A stretch of 57,525 bases of DNA, counting the filler, from Porpidia crustulata (taxonomy: Eukaryota): assembly GCA_964255105.1 (NCBI GenBank). It is 6 parts of 6 records of this genome, joined end to end, with 100 filler letters (N's around TTAATTAATTAA, not from the genome) between each part and the next. Parts side by side here need not be neighbours in the genome. Positions count along the whole stretch, not along the records: positions 48,030 to 57,525 come from CAXUWE010000939.1; 5 more parts are not named here. One strand, given 5' to 3'. A model generated the notes under the pieces. That model was not told the origin of the DNA and searched no databases. It saw only the letters and a program-made list of their open reading frames with translations. The position numbers were made by a program, and so were the translations under genes. Below are positions 50,395 through 57,525 of this stretch, one piece after another (position 1 is the first letter of the stretch; each line of letters begins with the position of its first letter).

Positions 50395-51724
50395 GCTAGC
50401 TTTTCCTCTCAGTCATAGACGGATTGACATTGGATGTGCCGCAGGAACCCAGGAAAGCATCAGCTGTAAAGATATCAATTACCGCTGCAGAACGGAGAGG
50501 TTAAGGTAGCAGAGTATATAAGCTGTAGTTGGCCTACACTCGAAAGGCTCCGTCACAAAGAAGCGAAGCATTAGCATGTGATTATAATTAGGTAGATGAC
50601 CCCCTCATAAGGCTGATTCCAGGTCTCAAGAAACGGGCACACTGCAAAAAGAGAAGACAGCATTGTTCTTCATAACTACGGGACGAATCTGCAAGGCTTG
50701 CAAAACGTGAGAAGCAATTCGCACACGTGAAGATTGGGCCCGAAATCTCCAACATCTGACAAATTTTAATTTCTCGTCGTGGCATCCTCAGTCGTCGAAG
50801 TTGAGACCCTTCGACTTCCCATGTTCTCAGGCAAAGCTACCTTGGGCCTCCTCTCTGATTGTGTCGTCTAGCTCCATGCTCAAACATGTCTTTTGGTATG
50901 AAAAACGCGTTTTTGCTGGGTCTCCTCTTATTCCTATCTACTCATTGAATTATGGTTGATTTCGCAATCCCCATGATCCGTGCCGTTGCTAACGTGCGAC
51001 TTACGTGACCACAGACCATAAGCGTGCGATGATTCCTATAGGTAGGGACTTATACTTGTGCCTTGAAGGCTATACAATCCTCACTGCTCATCAAGAGAGT
51101 GGAATATCAATAAAATTCGAAGTGCGAGACACGGGGACTAGACAAATCGTCCAGATTGACGTCTCATATCTGCATTTATGCCAACCTATTCAACAACACG
51201 GCTCAGCCGCGTAACTCCTCTCAGCTCCTTGCAACATCCGAAGCATGGATTACGCGTTCAATAAGTTCACATTGAACTGGGGTAATGCTCAAGTACTCTA
51301 TATTTTTCACCAGCGTCAGCAATCCAGCGGTTTTCGCTCGGATGAGCGAGCGCTCGGGAACCGTTTAAGGGCCCTAAGCCGAATTAGGTGCATGTGCTAC
51401 ATCTCCTTAGTCCAAAGCCATATGCCCACGGTCTCTAATTAGCTTGTTGGTGCCCTTACCACCACCTGAGATTGTTATATAGGGCTTACTGGCATCTCAC
51501 CGTACTTCCCATTGGCTTCCACATGTAGGCTGACGGTGCGATGTTCGCCGTATGGCACGTCTTGGCATGGGGCAATAAATAGTACGAGAAGGTAGATGTA
51601 TAAGTATGTGAACGGATCCGGTTTGGCGACCAATCCCTAACAGAAAAAGTCGAGTTTTCGAGACAAGTATCTGCCTCCTCACCAACTCTTTCCATCTTTG
51701 ACAATCTTTTCAAAGCCTCGCAAG

Positions 51725-52873
51725 ATGGGCCTTATCAAGAATCCCACCATCCCTGACGATTCGTGTACATTACAGACCTGTTCACTTTTGCAAGCCCATT
51801 TCACATACGTTCCCACTCTCGCTGGAAATGCATTGTACCTTGGGATATTCGGTTTGCTCTTAGCGATTCAAGTCTTCTTCGGGATCAAGCACCGGACTTG
51901 GGGCTTCTTGGCTGGCATGTTTGGAGGCATCGTTCTTGAGATCATTGGCTATGTTGCTAGGGTCCAGATGCATTTCAATCCCTTCATCTCCAATCCTTTC
52001 CTAATGCAAGTACCCTCCGTTCCGAGCCTGATATTATCTTGTTTCTTGAATGCTAATCTTTGAGCTCTAGGTATATTGTCTGCCTGACTATCGGTCCTGC
52101 ATTCCTCAGCGCATCGATTTATCTTTGCCTTGCTCGGATCGTGGTTGTCTTTGGCGAAGGCGTCTCCCGCTTCCGTCCGGCTATCTACACTATCACTTTC
52201 ATTTGCTGCGACTTCCTCTCGCTCATCCTCCAAGCTGCTGGAGGTGCTATTGCGTCAGGCGCGACCACACAAAGCTCAAATCAAATGGGCATCAACATCA
52301 TGATTGCTGGACTGTCTACCCAGGTCGCTTCCCTGGCTCTCTTCCTCGCACTTTGCGGTGAATTCGCATACCGTTGCTATCAACTTCCATATGAGTGGGA
52401 CCCAGCGTACTCGCATCTTCGCAGGACATTGAATTTTAGGGCTTTTCTTGTTGGTAAGAGTCCAAGTATCGGACCGATGGGCGCACCTGCTAACATTCTT
52501 CACAGCATTGTTTGTATCAACTGTTGCTATCTTGATTCGATCATGCTTTCGTGTTGCCGAGCTTAGCGCTGGCTTCCACGGCGCACTTGCCAATAATGAG
52601 ACCACTTTCATGGTTCTCGATGGTGTCATGATCATCGTGGCAATTGCAGTCTTGACGGCCCTTCATCCTGGCGTTACATTTCAAGGTCACTGGTCGTCAG
52701 CAAATTTTACCCTTCGCAAAGCAACGGGACTTAGACCAACCGACGCCGAGGGAGACATCAGCGAAGCCGAGAGCGCAAAGGCAAAGCAACGAGGGTTTCC
52801 AGCGAACCTCATACACGCAGGTTTTCGTCCAAGTAGAATCCAGACTACAACTATTGAAAAATCTGGCAGCTAG
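51725..52873 (+). CDS. RTA1/RSB1-family lipid-translocating exporter
   Basis: CTLQTCSL, LEIIGYVAR, LTIGPAFLSASIYLCLARIV, CDFLSLILQAAGG, RSCFRVAEL, HPG. Introns 52006-52070 (GC-AG) and 52454-52505. Confidence 0.92.
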
Positions 52874-53762
52874 ATGAAGACGGAGGTAGCCAAGCCATTC
52901 AGAGTAGCTCTCTCGAAGAAACAAATTAGACGATGAAGTAATCTATATGTAGCATAAGTAATGCTACGGTCTTTCGAATGCGCGATACTTCTTGAAACGT
53001 GTATACGAGAGGTTTTTGCAAACTTTGGATAGGAGTTATTTGGCGCTGGATATCAAGCTGCTCAGTAAACTAGAAGCCACAAATATGTACCCTCGATTCA
53101 GAGCAGTACTATCAAAATCTGAACCAATAACGATGACTTTGCAATTATTTGTAGTCCGATAAATCTAACAAATATAGAGGGATAGTATAGAGCGTCTCGG
53201 AGTTTTGCGCATGTCCTCTCACTTAGTTGTGGCCATACTCTGATCATTACCAAAACATGGGTACTGGATAAGCGAAGTCTCGAGCCCCAGGCCACAACTC
53301 ACCGCAACCAACGCTCGTATCTCTAAGTGACTCCCTCCTTCATGTGGCGAGGATGTCGATTGGGGAGTCTCGAGATACACCGCCATGAGCGTAAAATTGT
53401 AGGGTCACGTCGGTCCCTAAGACACCCCGTTGATTGTCAGCCTCTGGGGCTGAGGGGCCTTCATCGAGATTGGTAAGCCACACGTACTGATTCAAGATTA
53501 ATCTGCACACAGAAGGGTCCTCAGCTATCTAGCTTACTCTCAAGTGCGATGGTGTGGAATCGCTGTGACTCGGAGAATACATTTTGCTCGTCATCCCTAT
53601 GTCTTGATATTTCATAACGTCTACCTTTCTACGTACATCATCATTGAAAGATCTGCTTCTACAGTATAGACGTGTTCGGTAAGTTTATATTGTATGTTAC
53701 TTGAGGTTGCAATCTTCTTGTTCATCTACTTGAATCTACACCAAAGCTGCAATTGTTCGATA

Positions 53763-56092
53763 ATGCAGCCCCACAGGCTTGATAAGCATACTCCTACACC
53801 AGTAAAACGGAAAGCTTTCGGTTCAGATGAGAGCAAATCAATGCCCACAAACAGGATTAAAGCCTGCACATGCTGCAGGCAAGTAAAGGTGCGCTATTCA
53901 TCCGCTTGTTTGCTATCCAATGCTGAGCGAGCACCCTTACTTCAGACGAGATGCGATTCTGCAGAAACATTTCCAGCCCCGTGCACGAGATGCCACCAGA
54001 AAGGCTTGGACTGTAGGTTTGAGGCTAATTTTAAGAGAACTCCTACTAGAAAGTTGGTCAACCCTTTCCGGGAACCTCAAATATTCTCTTCTGCAAGCTT
54101 GTTATGGGGATTGACGGTTTGGCGGTGTTGATAGTAAGCTTCAAGAAGTCACGTCCCAATTGAATACTTTGCAAGAAGCCATCAAATTGCATACTTCGCC
54201 CTCGGGAAGCGAAGAAATCGCTGGAAGTGTTGCACATCTTGCGTCTCCCGAATCTTTGCCCTTCCAGAGAGAGTCGACGACCAATGCGGCGTCGAAGGCC
54301 TCCAGCGAGAATCCCGAGAAATCAATTTTTTTCGGTATCGAAGGTCTTGAGCCCCAGCGATTGGCCAGTCAGACTCTAGGTAATATCAAAATTGATGGAA
54401 ACGTCATTCATGAACTATTTTCCCAGTAAAGTCTACCTGGTCTAGGGCAGGGTTTTGACAGATCTAACAAATGGTAGCTTTCAGAGAAGATATTACCCGC
54501 ACGTTCCATGTCTAGATATAAGAACCCCTTTATCGGAGCTCCCAACGCAATCTCCCTCTCTTTTTTGGACCATAATTATCATTTCTACGAGATTTCACCC
54601 TCGGCACTTTTCTCGGTTCACAAGCTTGATCCAACCTTATGAGCAAGTTATTGCTATTTGTTTGTTTCGACCAATGCTCAAGCTGCAATCGATTCAAGCA
54701 ATTCATTTGTTGGCAATGTGGCCGCTTCCATCTCGCATGCAACCCGAGGATCCAAGCTTCAACTACGCTGGCATCATAACCAATGCTGCTTTGCACATCG
54801 GTCTTCATGCACCAGGCTTCGAACGAGAATATGGATTCCCCCAAGCCACGCCAAAGGATATTGAGCTACGGACTAAGACATGGTTGAGTATATTCAATCA
54901 AAATGTCATGTAAGTTGTACAGGAGGACAGTAATAAGACTTTCTGATGTTCTTGCAGTCTCAGCTCACGTATGGGCCTGCCACCATCATTTGCCAGTGGA
55001 TCTGATCTGCGGAACATCTCCCAGTTATGCCGTGACTGTCCCTGTTCTACCGACTTTGAGACCCAGACCGACATCAACAGGCAACTCGCAAAGTTCAACG
55101 TAGCCCTGAAAGAATGCAGGGAACACGTTTTCCGCATGTCCCTGATTCGTCTCTTTGGCGACGAACTCGATACCACTCGTAACAAATTCCCCGGCAAATG
55201 GGCCGTAGAGACCGAACTTCAATTCCTCGGTGCCAAAATGTTCCTTTACAGCTTCTCCTTCCGCTCTCGCAACCACAGTTTGGAAACGTCCAGCTCGACC
55301 ACCGCCTCCGAGCTCTCCTCCGCCGTGCACGTCCTTCTCTACGAAGTTATGGGCGTTGCCGCCAAAATAATCTACCTATTCTCTGAACTTCTACATCGAA
55401 ACGACGAAGACTCCCCTGGCGACCCTCATAAGCCTCCTCCACAGATTTTCTTCCCAAAACACTACATATTCACCCTTTGCTACGCCTGCCTCGTCCTCTA
55501 TCACTTCCTCGAAGTCGAAGGCGCCAACCAGGTCCCACAAATCGAGCAAGACCTCGCGCTCAACCACATCGGCTTCGTTCACGCAATATTGGTCCGCTGT
55601 GGCGTCGAGAACAATGCCGAGGCCTCCCGCCTGGCCGATTGGCTCAAACTCATCAGCAAATGGAACCGCTCTAAGCGCGTCGCGCCCTACGTCACCAGCC
55701 GTCTCGGTGCCTCCTTGTTTTATGAGGGCATCCTCAAATCGGCGACATTGAAGGCCGAATCGGGCGACCGCTCGCGTGCCGCCGACCTGACCCGATCGTT
55801 CGACGAGGACCAGCGCAAGGACATAGCCGAGGATGCGACCACGACAGTGCGGCCGCAAACGCAGGAGACTCAACCTCAGAGCTCCGAGTGGTTGATGCCG
55901 CTAGCTACCAACGATACCCAGCACCAGCAGCAGCAGCAGCAACAGAGACTAGTGGGCGACTCCGACGAGCTGTACTCGTGGCAAGGGTGGGAGGATCAGC
56001 TGCAGGGGTGGGATCTATCAATGCTGTCCGGCATTGACTTTAGCATGGGCGTGGATGACGCGGGGATCGCGGCATTTAATTGGGGTCTTTGA
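53763..56092 (+). CDS. Zn2Cys6 binuclear-cluster transcription factor
   Basis: ACTCCRQVK, intron, then TRCDSAETFPAPCTRCHQKGLDC. Introns at about 53889-53945, 54053-54134, 54426-54478 and 54910-54957 keep the frame. Middle homology region (QAIHLLAMWP, ALHIGLH, RTKTW), SRLGASL, and an acidic/aromatic C-terminus. Confidence 0.9.
55924..55944 (+). repeat. CAG-rich polyglutamine tract in the transcription factor
   Basis: (CAG)5-CAA-CAG encoding Q7. Confidence 0.7.
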
Positions 56093-57525
56093 AGGGGATA
56101 GGTTTAGTTGGTTGCCTTTTCGTTCGTACAAAGACATCGCACACACCTTTTCGCTCGCTGTAACGCCAATTTTTCCCAAGAAACCTAGATAGGACGCATC
56201 GCCCCATGAAAGTCCAAGGTCCGGCAATCCTTTGACCATCTCCATCCTTCTCGAATACTTGCAATCAACTCCAGTATGCGGTAGCGAAGTGAGTCAGCCG
56301 AAAAAGAAGAGGTGAGAAGCAGGAGGGAACAAGAAGAAGGTCCTGGGGGAACTTCCAGGCTCTGTGACCAAAATTCATACCCCTCCCGCACCATTCCCAA
56401 TTGCCGGGACCGAAGATACCGGAGCCTTTCTGCCACGAGGATACCGATACCGTGAGTCGGTGTTACTCAATGACTCGTTCTGGCGAGCCACGCAGCACGG
56501 CCACTAAGTATCGGGTTTCCGATAGCGCGGCTTGTAGTATGTGGTCTCGTCTTGCTTAATGACAATAGACTCTTTGATAATTAGAATTGAAAAGCGGTCT
56601 TTGTAGATACTATACCCTATATTCTCTGCCATGCCGTTCGCCTCCAATTATCTCCTGATCTCCATATACGCGTACTCCGTTACCGACAAACACTTCTGAA
56701 CCTTCATTGCCATGGTCTAGTAATCTGTTTCGAGCTTTCTTGTTGAGGTGATCTTGAGGCTTTATATTATGTATCATTTCCTGGCTGCGTCATGATTCGT
56801 AGTGGTACTTGGTGCGGCTTATTGAAGGTTTGTTAGCAAGGGATGGATGGTTAGGAGGTTGGATGAGACTCGATTTGAAAGAAAAAGTAGGTGGACATAT
56901 TGAAATATAAAGGGCTTGTTCTTTTGCAGCGGGGTTGAATGGAGTTTTATCTAGATGCGAGCGAGATGAGTGGTGCAGTTTTGGGAGAAGATTGAAATGT
57001 CTTTACAGAGGGTCTTTCGGGGGAAATGATTGCATTTTTAGTCTTTCTCCTTTGATAAGGTAGTATTCAATGCGCGGTATTGGACTAAACAATGTTCAAA
57101 AATATTGGTGATATCGCGGTTTGAACGCATATAAAAAAGAAGCAAAAAGAAGGGAAATTTTTTTGCCTTTGTAGCCATACGAAGCCGATCAGTCAAGTGC
57201 TCGGCCGTCGTTAGCAGGAAAGCGCGTAAAAATTACATTGCGTGGCCCTGCTTGGGTGATACTCAGCTGACAGCGACCGAGCAGCCAGATCGGACGGTAG
57301 CTTGGCGGAAAATCCAGGAGGCATCACCCTCCCCGAATATGAGCGGCAAACATGCCGACAGATACAATTACCTCCACTCATCTGCCCATTCATTTCCATC
57401 CCCACGCTCATCTCAGTGACCCCATCCTAATTGCCCATTCCCACAAAATCATCCCGCCATTCCTCATTCTCCCAGCCCTAATCATCATACCCCTCCGGTA
57501 TCCTCCTCGGTCCTCTCGGTACTAC

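Overview
Eukaryotic, intron-containing DNA from a filamentous ascomycete (Pezizomycotina; a lichen-forming Lecanoromycete is plausible but only inferred). The window is not one locus. It is six unrelated contigs (1-9518, 9619-19132, 19233-28733, 28834-38333, 38434-47929, 48030-57525; lengths 9518/9514/9501/9500/9496/9496, i.e. sorted by size) joined by identical 100-nt N44-TTAATTAATTAA-N44 linkers, so synteny only means something within a contig. Recognisable genes: three F-box-like proteins, Mit_KHE1, SRF1, a YjlB-type cupin, cullin-1, a divergent casein kinase 1 paralog, a PD-(D/E)xK-like protein, a PTH11-like membrane protein, a BCS1-like AAA ATPase, an SDR, an acid ceramidase-like Ntn hydrolase, an HLTF/Rad5-like helicase, a PI-PLC, NAR1, a TGL1-like lipase, an RTA1 exporter and a Zn2Cys6 factor. 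The best candidate for an undescribed system is on contig 3: a tail-less CK1 paralog head-to-head (403 nt apart) with a putative restriction-endonuclease-fold gene, flanked by decayed genes. The kinase+nuclease combination recalls Spok meiotic drivers and Crinkler-type effectors, but here it is split over two genes. All family assignments come from motif recognition; no database searches were run.
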